A DNA stretch of 49,171 nt, from assembly GCA_048939625.1 (NCBI GenBank), contig JBHLPH010000015.1, positions 1 through 49,171 on the forward strand, written 5' to 3'. The notes under the pieces are model-generated. The model worked only from the letters and a program-made list of their open reading frames with translations, made no database searches and was not told the origin of the DNA. The stretch is from Promethearchaeota archaeon. GTDB lineage: Archaea; Asgardarchaeota; Hermodarchaeia; Hermodarchaeales; Hermodarchaeaceae. The position numbers and the translations under genes are program-made. Below are positions 31,260 to 40,407 of this stretch, one piece after another. Positions within the stretch are counted from its first letter, which is position 1. The number at the start of each line of letters is the position of its first letter.

Positions 31260-31604
31260 ATGTCAACCGACCCCTTCATCAGAACCCCCGCGGTGTATAC
31301 CAATATCGGGAAAATAACCTCGGAATCAGCTGGACAGCGTGTCCGTGTACTGGGTTTTGTAGTTGATGTCCATGACGAATCTGGTTTCACTATCAGTGAT
31401 GATACTGGACGGATTACGGTTGCAACTGACCAGGTTCCACAGCTCCAATCCTTTATTCGGGTTTTTGGAACCGTCACCGTCTCTCAGGAGGGTCACCCCA
31501 TGCTCCGCGCTGAAATAATTCAGGATCTTGCTGCACTTGATAAACAGTTATTTAAGCGTGTATTGAAAATAGTCCAAGCCGCCCCCAGCGGGAGGAGTTC
31601 TTAG
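31260..31604 (+). CDS. Single OB-fold protein, RPA3/Rpa14-like
   Basis: RVRVLGFV, ISDDTG, IRVFG, AEIIQDL..LDKQLF C-terminal helix resembles Thermococcales Rpa14 and eukaryotic RPA3. Confidence 0.72.
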   Translation: MSTDPFIRTPAVYTNIGKITSESAGQRVRVLGFVVDVHDESGFTISDDTGRITVATDQVPQLQSFIRVFGTVTVSQEGHPMLRAEIIQDLAALDKQLFKRVLKIVQAAPSGRSS

Positions 31605-32360
31605 TTGCTTGTAGCAAAATTTGATGATGCAAAAACCTGGCAGGCACTAATCGGCGCCATCTCAGCACTTGTTGATGAGGCCAACTTCGAGATTTCACCA
31701 AAGGGAATGACTCTAAGAGCCATGGATCCGTCCCGAATTGCGATGGTCGATTTCGAATTACCCAAAAGTGCCTTTAGTACCTATGAATGCGACGAAGAAG
31801 GACGTATCGGGATAAATCTCGACGAGATGGACAAAATAGTCAAACGGGCTGGAGCTGGAAATAGCCTTGAACTGGGTCTCGATCGAGAGAAAAACCAGTT
31901 ACAGATTACACTTCAAGGTCGGACAAAACGCAGTTTCAAAATCTCGCTTATAGATCTTGGGTCAGAACGACCTCCTACTCTTAATGTGGATTTTGGCATC
32001 AACATCAAAATCACGGCTGATACTCTCAAAGAAATTATTCAAGATGCAAATATTATCAGTGATTTCATTGCCATTGATGCACAACCAGATAACCTAACCA
32101 TCTCCGCTCGTGGTGATACAGGGAATTTAGAAGTGTCCATTGGAAAATCTGAAGAGGCCCTTCTTGAGTACACTGTCAAGGAACCGGCGAAGTCTTTGTA
32201 TGCCCTCGAATATCTCAACGACATGATGAAAGCTGTTGCAGCCTCCGACACTGTTCAATTAGAGTTTGGAAAGGGTACTCCGATCAAATTACTCTTCGCT
32301 GTTAGTAGTGGTGGGCATATCACCTATTTCCTCGCTCCGCGTGTAGAAGACGACTTCTAA
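31605..32360 (+). CDS. pcn: DNA polymerase sliding clamp PCNA
   Basis: LRAMDPSRIAMVD, YALEYL, YFLAPR. Confidence 0.97.
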   Translation: MLVAKFDDAKTWQALIGAISALVDEANFEISPKGMTLRAMDPSRIAMVDFELPKSAFSTYECDEEGRIGINLDEMDKIVKRAGAGNSLELGLDREKNQLQITLQGRTKRSFKISLIDLGSERPPTLNVDFGINIKITADTLKEIIQDANIISDFIAIDAQPDNLTISARGDTGNLEVSIGKSEEALLEYTVKEPAKSLYALEYLNDMMKAVAASDTVQLEFGKGTPIKLLFAVSSGGHITYFLAPRVEDDF

Positions 32361-32398
32361 TCACCTACGAATAAATTCCCGAATACTTGGAAAGGAAA

Positions 32399-33433
32399 AT
32401 GCAAGAGGATATATCGATATATGAAGCAGCCAAATACCCATGGTCAGTGATGGCTCGGTTATTGCTCAAAAAACTCGATATCTCCTTGGCGGAAGTTGAC
32501 AAGAATCCCCGCATCGTTCAACGAGCGAAAAAACGGTTAACTGGCGCGATAGACGGTAGACTTTCTCGGACAAAAACAGGATTAAACGATGATGCGTATG
32601 TAGAGCTGACCAGTTTTTTCGTTGCCAAAGCCTTGGTTGATGCGATAGGCAGTATGTATCTCAGAAGACGATGGGCTACGGCTGAAGCAAAGATCGCTGA
32701 AAATTCTCTTATAAAAGAAACTGACACCAAGCTAGCTCAGCTCGCTAAACAAGAATTTAGCTGGCAAATTACTGCCAATGGCTCTAAGGTGGCAGGGCGG
32801 ACTTATACTCATAGTGTTCATTTTACTAATTATTTGGCTGCAGCTGCAGGCTTTCATGAAAGAGAATGGAAATTAGTGAATAAACGTCTGACTGCTGGGT
32901 TTGTGCTTCTACGAAAAACTGAAACAACACGTGTTATCCGTGCAGCAATCGAAAAACTCCTTATCAGTGATGTCAAAAAGGTGCCAGCAGATTTTCCACC
33001 GAACATCCAACAAATATTCGAAGAAATCGAGGTTATAGTGCGCAAACGCGCAGATCGTCTAAAGCAGGAAATCGAAGGAGAAATCGTTCCCGAAGCTTTT
33101 CCTCCCTGTATGCAAGCTCTTCTTTCTGATATGAAGCAGGGTAAACCCCTATCTCATATTGCCCGGTTCGCTATTACGGCGTTTCTCCTTAATGTTGGAA
33201 TGGAAGTTGACTCCATCGTCGAACTTTTCATGCAAGCTCCTGATTTTCGGGAAGATTTAGCTCGTTATCAAATCGAACATATCGCGGGAAAGCGTGGAAG
33301 CACAGCCTATACTCCGCCAAGTTGTGCCTACATGATATCAGTACGTCTTTGTGTTGACCCTGATAAAGCTGGAACACGAAAGCACCCATTAAACTACTAC
33401 CGCTTCAGGAGGAAACGCTTATCCAAACCCTAG
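32399..33433 (+). CDS. priL: DNA primase large subunit
   Basis: AKYPW, WKLVN, FPPCM, HIARF, PDFREDLARYQIEHI, YTPPSC. Confidence 0.95.
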   Translation: MQEDISIYEAAKYPWSVMARLLLKKLDISLAEVDKNPRIVQRAKKRLTGAIDGRLSRTKTGLNDDAYVELTSFFVAKALVDAIGSMYLRRRWATAEAKIAENSLIKETDTKLAQLAKQEFSWQITANGSKVAGRTYTHSVHFTNYLAAAAGFHEREWKLVNKRLTAGFVLLRKTETTRVIRAAIEKLLISDVKKVPADFPPNIQQIFEEIEVIVRKRADRLKQEIEGEIVPEAFPPCMQALLSDMKQGKPLSHIARFAITAFLLNVGMEVDSIVELFMQAPDFREDLARYQIEHIAGKRGSTAYTPPSCAYMISVRLCVDPDKAGTRKHPLNYYRFRRKRLSKP

Positions 33434-34644
33434 AATTTCTTATTAAGCAATTCTCAGACTACTATCGAAATATACCGACACCAATTACACCTCCTCGTGA
33501 ATTCGAGGCTCGTGAATTTGCCTTTTTTTGGTTTGATCGCGAAGGTGCTCTCCGGCATACCAGTTTTGTGAATCAAAAAGAGCTCATTGACTTCATGGGT
33601 AAGGAGGCTCCTGCCCATGTCTTTCATTCTGCAGCATACTATGATACTCCGGATGCCCCGCAGATGCCTCTCAAGGGATGGCGTGGCGCTGATTTGATTT
33701 TCGATATTGATGCCGATCACTTTGACCTACCTTGTCAAAAACACCACGATGCATGGTGGTGCCAAGACTGTGATACGCGCGGTAAAGGTCATCGTCCAGA
33801 TCAGTGTCCCAAATGTGACAGCACACGAATCCAGACCTTGAAGTGGATGTGCGAGGAATGCTTATCGAAATCAAAAGAAGAAGCAATCAAAATTATCGAG
33901 AACTTCTTAGTTCCAGATATGGGCATTTCAAAAAAAGAACTCATTGTAGTATTTTCAGGCCATCGCGGTTATCACATTCATAGTTATTCTTCCGAGCTCC
34001 ATAATCTTGGTTCCCAAGAAAGACGAGAAATCGTTGATTACCTTTCAGGAACAGGAATAGACTTTCGTTATCAAGGATTTGTTGAAAATACATACGGCGT
34101 CCCCAAAGGACCCGACGGCAAATCACCGGGGTGGGAACGAAAAATCGCTACTGGTATCCGTCATCTCTTTGAGCATTCTTCTGAACTCGGTCATATACCA
34201 GGTCTTCGTGCAAAGCAAATACAATTACTGCAAAAAGATGCTAAATTAATTTCTAAACAACTCTCCGAACATCCTGCTCGGTATATCACCCCAAAAGGGG
34301 TCGGGCAAAAGACATGGTTCACTATCGCCCAGTATGTAGTCGAATCTTCTGCAGCAATAGTCGATGAACCAGTCACCACTGATATTCACCGCCTGATTCG
34401 CCTTCCGGGGTCCTTGCACGGAAAAACTGGGTTTCTCGTAAAACACCTCAATGTTTCTAGCCTCGACAAATTCGATCCATTTACAGATGCCCAAGTGTTC
34501 TCTGGTTCTATAACTATCCATGTTATTGATGCGCCTGGTTTCACCTTAAACGGAGAGCAATATCCTCCAATGCGCGATATTAAAAAGGAGCTTCCTCTCT
34601 CCGCTGCTATGCTACTCCTCTGTAAAGGGATAGCTGAACTCTAA
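33421..34644 (+). CDS. priS: DNA primase small (catalytic) subunit; start codon non-canonical/uncertain
   Basis: REFAF, DLIFDIDAD, FSGHRGYH, DIHRLIRLPGSLH. The frame stays open and PriS-like upstream of the track's GTG 33568, back to about 33421. Confidence 0.93.
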   Translation: MQTLEFLIKQFSDYYRNIPTPITPPREFEAREFAFFWFDREGALRHTSFVNQKELIDFMGKEAPAHVFHSAAYYDTPDAPQMPLKGWRGADLIFDIDADHFDLPCQKHHDAWWCQDCDTRGKGHRPDQCPKCDSTRIQTLKWMCEECLSKSKEEAIKIIENFLVPDMGISKKELIVVFSGHRGYHIHSYSSELHNLGSQERREIVDYLSGTGIDFRYQGFVENTYGVPKGPDGKSPGWERKIATGIRHLFEHSSELGHIPGLRAKQIQLLQKDAKLISKQLSEHPARYITPKGVGQKTWFTIAQYVVESSAAIVDEPVTTDIHRLIRLPGSLHGKTGFLVKHLNVSSLDKFDPFTDAQVFSGSITIHVIDAPGFTLNGEQYPPMRDIKKELPLSAAMLLLCKGIAEL

Positions 34645-34657
34645 TGGAGGGTTTCCT

Positions 34658-35203
34658 TTGTATAGAGCACTTCTTGAACGATGGCAAGCAGAACGAGAAG
34701 CTCCAGACTTACTACCTCTCCGTGATTCCTTCCTTCAGAGTATTAGAGATTATGTGGAGCAAGTTCTTGAACAAAGTAAGGACAAAAACACTTCTGAACT
34801 TCAGCATCAAATATTCGAAACTGAACTTACGAATCTTCGATTCATGATGAAGAACTTACTGAGAATGCGTGTCGACAAAATTCTGGACAACCTTGTTGCG
34901 CAAACTCTCGATTACGATCTTCTAACCAGAACCGAACGGCGATTTGCAGATCAAATTTCTAGGAATCTTCGCTCCGTTTTGATGGCGGCAGATGATTTAT
35001 TTGCCCCATTAGATATCAATGCGACCTCAAAACTGGTACTCATCCGTTTTATCGAGGAACACCCTCAGCTCGTTGGAGTAGATTTAAAAACCTATGGACC
35101 TTTCAAAGCGGATGACCTCGCGGCGCTTCCCGCAGAAAACGCCCGGCTCATAATCAGAAAGAATCAAGCGGAACCTATTGACATAGGTGACCAGCAACCA
35201 TGA
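34658..35203 (+). CDS. GINS complex subunit (Gins51-type, A domain + B domain)
   Basis: MRVDKI helical A domain; VGVDLKTYGPF..DLAALPAENA B domain; follows priS. Confidence 0.88.
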   Translation: MYRALLERWQAEREAPDLLPLRDSFLQSIRDYVEQVLEQSKDKNTSELQHQIFETELTNLRFMMKNLLRMRVDKILDNLVAQTLDYDLLTRTERRFADQISRNLRSVLMAADDLFAPLDINATSKLVLIRFIEEHPQLVGVDLKTYGPFKADDLAALPAENARLIIRKNQAEPIDIGDQQP

Positions 35204-35475
35204 AAGCTCCTAAAACCATGAAAACATATTGCGCCCGCTGCAAAAAACACACCGAGCACACCGCTAGTCTATACAAGAAAGGTCGTGAACGCACTCTATC
35301 TGCTGGACGTCGCCGTTATGATAGAAAAGCATCAGGTTACGGCTCGCAACCCAAACAAATTCAAAAACGCTTCTCCAAAGTTACAAAGAAACAATCCTTA
35401 CGCTTGAAATGCAAAGAATGTGATCATGTGACTATTCGAGAAGGAATTCGACTGAAGAAACTTGAACTCGTCTAA
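35200..35475 (+). CDS. rpl44e: 50S ribosomal protein eL42 (L44e)
   Basis: TYCARCKKHT, GYGSQPK, KVTKKQSLRLKCKEC. Confidence 0.97.
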   Translation: MKAPKTMKTYCARCKKHTEHTASLYKKGRERTLSAGRRRYDRKASGYGSQPKQIQKRFSKVTKKQSLRLKCKECDHVTIREGIRLKKLELV

Positions 35476-35492
35476 TTCTGGAGTGGAAAATC

Positions 35493-35690
35493 GTGACTAA
35501 GAAGAAAAAGACCATTGACGAACCCCGTTCACGCTTCCTTCTCGTTAAATGCAAAGAATGTGATCACGAACAAACAGTCTTTGGATGGGCTACACAAAAG
35601 GTCGTTTGCGATGTATGTGGCAACCCCCTCACCAAGCCCACTGGAGGCAAAGCGCAAATTATTGGCGAGGTCATCCAAGAACTAAGCTAA
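35493..35690 (+). CDS. rps27e: 30S ribosomal protein eS27
   Basis: PRSRFLLVKCKEC, CDVCG..PTGGKA. Confidence 0.97.
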   Translation: MTKKKKTIDEPRSRFLLVKCKECDHEQTVFGWATQKVVCDVCGNPLTKPTGGKAQIIGEVIQELS

Positions 35691-35728
35691 TTCTTATTTC
35701 TGCAGCTTATCTTGCATTGGTGGTTCCC

Positions 35729-36538
35729 ATGGTAAAAGACGTAAGAAACCCCTCATTCGCTTCTTCGAAACTTCCTGAAGTAGGAGATCTAGTGATAGCT
35801 ACAATTCATCGAATTACGTCACATGGCGCTTATGGCAAAATGGATGAATACGACAACAATGAATGCTTTATTCACATTTCAGAAATTGCATCCACATGGG
35901 TGCGAAATATCCGGAATTTCGTACGCGAAAACCAAAAGGTAGTCATTAAAGTTCTTCGAGTGGATGCGGAACGCAAACAAGTTGATACCTCATTACGTCG
36001 GGTGACAAAGGAACAAGGGCGAATGAAAATACAAGAATGGAAACGCGCGCAACGTGGTAGCAAATTACTCGCCTTAGCTGCGGAACGCATGAAGAAATCA
36101 CCCGAAGCAGCCTACGATATTGCTGGCAAATCGATGGAAACCAATTATTCAGATATGCTGGAAGCCCTAGAAGTCACAAAAGAAGAAGGTCCCAAGATTC
36201 TTACTGACATCGGTATCCCCAAGAAATGGGCTGAAGTTTTATACGAATTAGCCAAGGCGCACGTGATTCTCCGTGATGTCAGCGTTGAAACAACGATTGA
36301 ACTCACCTGTCGAGGACCGGAAGGCGTTGAGGGCATACGAAAAGCCCTGATCGCTGCCGAAGAAATTGTTGAGCCCTCGGGAGGGCTCGTTTACCTTGAA
36401 GGAGCTCCTCGCTATCGCATTCAAGTAAGTGCAAAAGACTACAAACAAGCCGAGCAATTACTCGAAAAGGCTGTGAAAAAGAGCCTCGAAATTATTGAAC
36501 AATGCGGTGGAGAAGGCCAAATCGCCGTTCGATCTTAA
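35729..36538 (+). CDS. eif2a: Translation initiation factor aIF2 alpha
   Basis: LPEVGDLV, HISEIASTWVRNIR S1 domain, GAPRYRI; start at ATG 35729. Confidence 0.96.
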   Translation: MVKDVRNPSFASSKLPEVGDLVIATIHRITSHGAYGKMDEYDNNECFIHISEIASTWVRNIRNFVRENQKVVIKVLRVDAERKQVDTSLRRVTKEQGRMKIQEWKRAQRGSKLLALAAERMKKSPEAAYDIAGKSMETNYSDMLEALEVTKEEGPKILTDIGIPKKWAEVLYELAKAHVILRDVSVETTIELTCRGPEGVEGIRKALIAAEEIVEPSGGLVYLEGAPRYRIQVSAKDYKQAEQLLEKAVKKSLEIIEQCGGEGQIAVRS

Positions 36539-36562
36539 TGGAATTATATTGAGGGAAGATCA

Positions 36563-36754
36563 CTGACTAAACTTTTGAAAAAATGCCGTCAGTGCAACAC
36601 TTACACGCTCAATTCTACTCAGTGTCCAACATGCAATGGTCCCGTAGAAAATGCTCATCCCGCCCGATTTTCCATTGAGGATCGCTATGGCTCATATCGG
36701 CGGAAAATGAAGAAGGCGCTACTTTCGACGCAAAGTACCGAAACCGATACATAA
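36563..36754 (+). CDS. nop10: H/ACA RNP protein Nop10
   Basis: Manual translation (L)TKLLKKCRQCNTYTLNSTQCPTCNGPVENAHPARFSIEDRYGSYRRKMKK; usual position after aIF2a; start is CTG 36563 or TTG 36575. Confidence 0.93.
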   Translation: MTKLLKKCRQCNTYTLNSTQCPTCNGPVENAHPARFSIEDRYGSYRRKMKKALLSTQSTETDT

Positions 36755-39732
36755 AGTCCTTGTTCCAATTGGATAGATCGATTTTCTTCAACAGAGCCAG
36801 AATCCGATGAAGGGGAAGAGGATCTTATGGGGGCAGACGGACTAGGTGGTGAAGGTTCAGCTTGGATTGTAATCGGTATACTCACGTTTAATCCTCCATA
36901 CGTTGGCATGAAACTCATGTAGTGTAAGAGCACGGTAACCTCCTCTCCTGCAATGAGATTGACATCCCAATACTCAGCATCAATAGTGATTCCAAGTATA
37001 TCGCCAGTAAAGAGGAGTCGCCCACCAGTAAGAATGGCATTTTCTATCGAAAATTCTTCATCATTGATCTGTCCTTCTTCATCGATTTCTAGATAACCTT
37101 CTCCAGTATTTTGAACTTCAATGTAGATGGTCCCGTTATCATAAGCCCAGGAATTCATGGACAAGCCTGACAGATTATAGGCTGGTGGTGGTCGAACTGG
37201 TATTGTGACAGATGCACTCAGGGTTGGCGTGAAACCGGCTGCGTTAATAGTGACGTTCACATCGGTTCCAACTTTGAAATATGGCTGAGCTCGAACATTT
37301 AACATGACAGTCTCGCCTGGGACCACAGTCAAGTTACCCGTATCAGTTGCTAACCAAACACTAGAAATGGTGTCGACGTCATATACCTGCCGTCGCTCAT
37401 CCCAGTACCCGATATCAGCAGAATCGAGTGTAAAGGGATGTAAACCTGTATTCTTTACTCCCACTACAATCTGGGAAAGATCCTGAACTGCGTCTACGCC
37501 TTCGTGAACCGAAAAGGCACTAGCCCCTGTGAGTTCCATCATACTATCCAAATAGGTGTAGTTGCATTTGTAGATCTTCATCAGGTGAATTTCACTGAAG
37601 TAGATGGGTTCGAAGAGACTGAAGATCGTTCTCCCTGGATCAGAATCCAAACTTGGTACAGGTCCAGCTTCACCGGTGGAATTGAGCACCGGCGGTTGGG
37701 CAAGACCGCTAGCATTAAGCCAGAGCATATTATAGATTACACTGTCAAAGAAAGGTTCTAAATAGCTACCAGTATTGGGATCCCAGAAATAGGTTTCATC
37801 TGGGACTTCATCTCCAAAGACTTCTCCCGCAATCCGTATCATCCATTGCCACTTGCCTTCATCACCACTGAACCCAGATTGACCTAACCCAAAGTGAACA
37901 AAGACATAGTCCACACCAAGCCTGCGGCAATTTTCGAGCGCGGCGACTGGATTAGTCTCCATAAAGGTCCGACCGACTACCGCAATCTGTGTCTTGTTTA
38001 TGGTCGCATTGTCCACGACGGTGTATCGGTCGCCAGTTTCACGGGTCCAGTAGCCGTAGTCCCACCAAGACATGAAGACCGTGCCTGGAGGCGTATGATG
38101 TTGCATCCACGAGAAAGCTTCAAGATAGTCACGGTAATACGTCACTTCACCAGTGTTCGTATTACGATATCCAGGTGTTATCTCGGGACCACCCATTTGG
38201 TTTATCGCGAGTGTCGCAGTTATGGTTGACGCTAAAAGTAACACTATAAGGAAAAGATATGCTGCAGTAGCAAATCCTCGCCCCACTGGTGGAGTAATTC
38301 GCCGTCGTCGTCGCGTTAGAATGGGACGTTGCCAGAAAATAGGGCGGAAGGGTCGAGTGGCCATTAAGAGGCCATATGCACCCAGTATTGCTGCTGCAGG
38401 TGCTAAGATAAGCGCTAATCGAATCATGGAACCAGTGAAATAAAGAGCCGTAAGTGCAAAGATGATGAGGAGAATATCTGTTTCGCGCTCTCGCTGAAAG
38501 GCAATATAGAACCCAAAAGGCATCAAGAGCACAAGGAAGCTCAGATTAAACCAGAACGTGGCCCACGGTGATGGTAAGTGTTCACCTACTGACGCTAAGA
38601 GAAACGCTTCTTTTCGGATGAGGGGATCAATTACTGTGTAGAATTTTCCTGCAAGATTTCCAAGGAAACCTTGATCGGTTCCAGTTGATAATGTGAGAAA
38701 CAAACCGGATTGAAACAGGTAACCCAAACCAACCACGATGAGAGCACACATTGCACCAAAGATGTAAGCAAAATAGGGTCGAATTCGCGTAGACACTCCA
38801 GACAACCGATCTGGAATGCTCAGCTCAGTCAAGCGATAAGCACGGTTAAATTCGATAAGTAATAGGAGTCCCCAAATCGCCAAAGGTATTAATCCTGTAG
38901 TACTAGTAGGCCAACTAGGACCAATACGGGGAACACAAATCGCTAATATCATGCCAGTTATAACGGTTCCTGTGTAAGCGAGTAAGAGCCTACGGGAATA
39001 ACGGCGAAGTAGCACCATGACGAGTGCAAAAATTGCTAGAATCTGAAACATGTACAGATAGACACTCCAGCTCGCAGAAAGATACCCTAAGGAGAGTCCA
39101 CCCAATATTGCAGATGCAATGGAGCCTTTTCGTAACGCGCGAATAAAGAAGAAGAGGGTAAGAAGAATGGCGAAAATGCCAATGGCTTCGTTATCAAAAA
39201 AGCCTGCAATGGTTCGTTGAGTATAAGCCGGAAGAATGGCCATGAAGAAGGCTGCAAAGAGACCAACTTCTTTGGAGCTCACTTCAACGCCCAACGCATA
39301 GATGGCAATTACACCAAACACGCCCATAATCGCGGGAAAAATAACTGCAAGGGTCATGACATCAATGGTGATTCCTAGAGTCTGTAATCCGAAGTACATC
39401 AGTGAGGCAGTGAAGGGAATACCTGGGTAAGCAGACCGAGCCATGTTCCGACCCCATGGAAACCAAGTGGTTGTATCGTACCAACCAAACCAAGCCCCAA
39501 AGCCATTCTCAATGATGAACTGGACTTCTCGGATATTAAACCAGGGGTCAAAAGCGCGAATTAATACTTCATATCCGATCATAGGGAGAAGTCGCAACAT
39601 CAAAGAAATAAGACAGATTATTATGAGACCAATAGCGGCTATTACATTTGATCGGGAAATTTCCATTCTTGGTCCATGTATGTATCGATGAAGGAAAGAC
39701 CAAGTGGACCGTAATACGCCGCGTACTGACAT
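36685..39732 (-). CDS. aglB: Oligosaccharyltransferase AglB/STT3 with C-terminal extension
   Basis: FDPWFN, AGFFDNE, SVGEH, WWDYG, DNAT, DEGKWQWMIRIAG; multi-TM N-terminal region. Confidence 0.95.
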   Translation of the reverse strand: MSVRGVLRSTWSFLHRYIHGPRMEISRSNVIAAIGLIIICLISLMLRLLPMIGYEVLIRAFDPWFNIREVQFIIENGFGAWFGWYDTTTWFPWGRNMARSAYPGIPFTASLMYFGLQTLGITIDVMTLAVIFPAIMGVFGVIAIYALGVEVSSKEVGLFAAFFMAILPAYTQRTIAGFFDNEAIGIFAILLTLFFFIRALRKGSIASAILGGLSLGYLSASWSVYLYMFQILAIFALVMVLLRRYSRRLLLAYTGTVITGMILAICVPRIGPSWPTSTTGLIPLAIWGLLLLIEFNRAYRLTELSIPDRLSGVSTRIRPYFAYIFGAMCALIVVGLGYLFQSGLFLTLSTGTDQGFLGNLAGKFYTVIDPLIRKEAFLLASVGEHLPSPWATFWFNLSFLVLLMPFGFYIAFQRERETDILLIIFALTALYFTGSMIRLALILAPAAAILGAYGLLMATRPFRPIFWQRPILTRRRRRITPPVGRGFATAAYLFLIVLLLASTITATLAINQMGGPEITPGYRNTNTGEVTYYRDYLEAFSWMQHHTPPGTVFMSWWDYGYWTRETGDRYTVVDNATINKTQIAVVGRTFMETNPVAALENCRRLGVDYVFVHFGLGQSGFSGDEGKWQWMIRIAGEVFGDEVPDETYFWDPNTGSYLEPFFDSVIYNMLWLNASGLAQPPVLNSTGEAGPVPSLDSDPGRTIFSLFEPIYFSEIHLMKIYKCNYTYLDSMMELTGASAFSVHEGVDAVQDLSQIVVGVKNTGLHPFTLDSADIGYWDERRQVYDVDTISSVWLATDTGNLTVVPGETVMLNVRAQPYFKVGTDVNVTINAAGFTPTLSASVTIPVRPPPAYNLSGLSMNSWAYDNGTIYIEVQNTGEGYLEIDEEGQINDEEFSIENAILTGGRLLFTGDILGITIDAEYWDVNLIAGEEVTVLLHYMSFMPTYGGLNVSIPITIQAEPSPPSPSAPIRSSSPSSDSGSVEENRSIQLEQGLYVSVSVLCVESSAFFIFRRYEP

Positions 39733-39819
39733 TCAGTCACCAATTGGTGTAGGGAGTGGTGCCACGATAACTACGTGTGCTTAAAAAATTTCTCGTACCG
39801 ACCACACAACGATAATTGC

Positions 39820-40212
39820 CTATTTTGTCAAGCCTTCAATGAAGTTCTTATACGCCTCAGGATTCAATAGGGCCTTCATTTCGTTGGATTCTGCTGGCTT
39901 GAGGGTTATCATCCACCCATCACCGTAGGGATCGTTATTCACTAACTCTGGTGCTTCCTCAAGTTTTTCGTTTATTTCGACAATTTCGCCTGAAATTGGT
40001 GAGAAGAGTTCAGAGGTTGCCTTCACTGAGTCAACGGTACCAAAAACCTCATGGGCTTTTATCATTGCTCCAGCGGAAGGTAACTCAACCATGACGATTT
40101 CGTGCAACTCATCCTGAGCATAATCAGTAATGCCTACACGTACAATATCGCCTTCTTGGCGAACCCATTCATGCTCTTTCGTATACAATAAATCAGGAGG
40201 AATCTTGCTCAT
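39820..40212 (-). CDS. gcvH: Glycine cleavage system H (lipoyl carrier) protein
   Basis: YTKEHEW, GITDYAQ, DSVKA lipoyl-Lys, NNDPYGDGW. Confidence 0.95.
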   Translation of the reverse strand: MSKIPPDLLYTKEHEWVRQEGDIVRVGITDYAQDELHEIVMVELPSAGAMIKAHEVFGTVDSVKATSELFSPISGEIVEINEKLEEAPELVNNDPYGDGWMITLKPAESNEMKALLNPEAYKNFIEGLTK

Positions 40213-40313
40213 TTTTCACAGAAACCCCAGTAAATTGGTTGTTTCCGCGTTTAACCCTTCCCGCTATTTAGCTCTTTAGTTGACACCTTGGTAAAAGGAA
40301 TGCCAAATGGATT

Positions 40314-40332
40314 TGAAAACAAACGTTTAAAA
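40314..40332 (+). promoter_or_regulatory. Putative BRE/TATA promoter of the tRNA-Leu transcript
   Basis: A-rich segment followed by TTTAAAA (40326-40332); implies a TSS near 40352-40358. Confidence 0.55.
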
Positions 40333-40407
40333 CACACAGCAGTTATTCATTGCATCAAGCCCTGTGCGGGGGACCCTTCCGAAGGGGTCTTTGCCGCCAT
40401 ACCGGTG

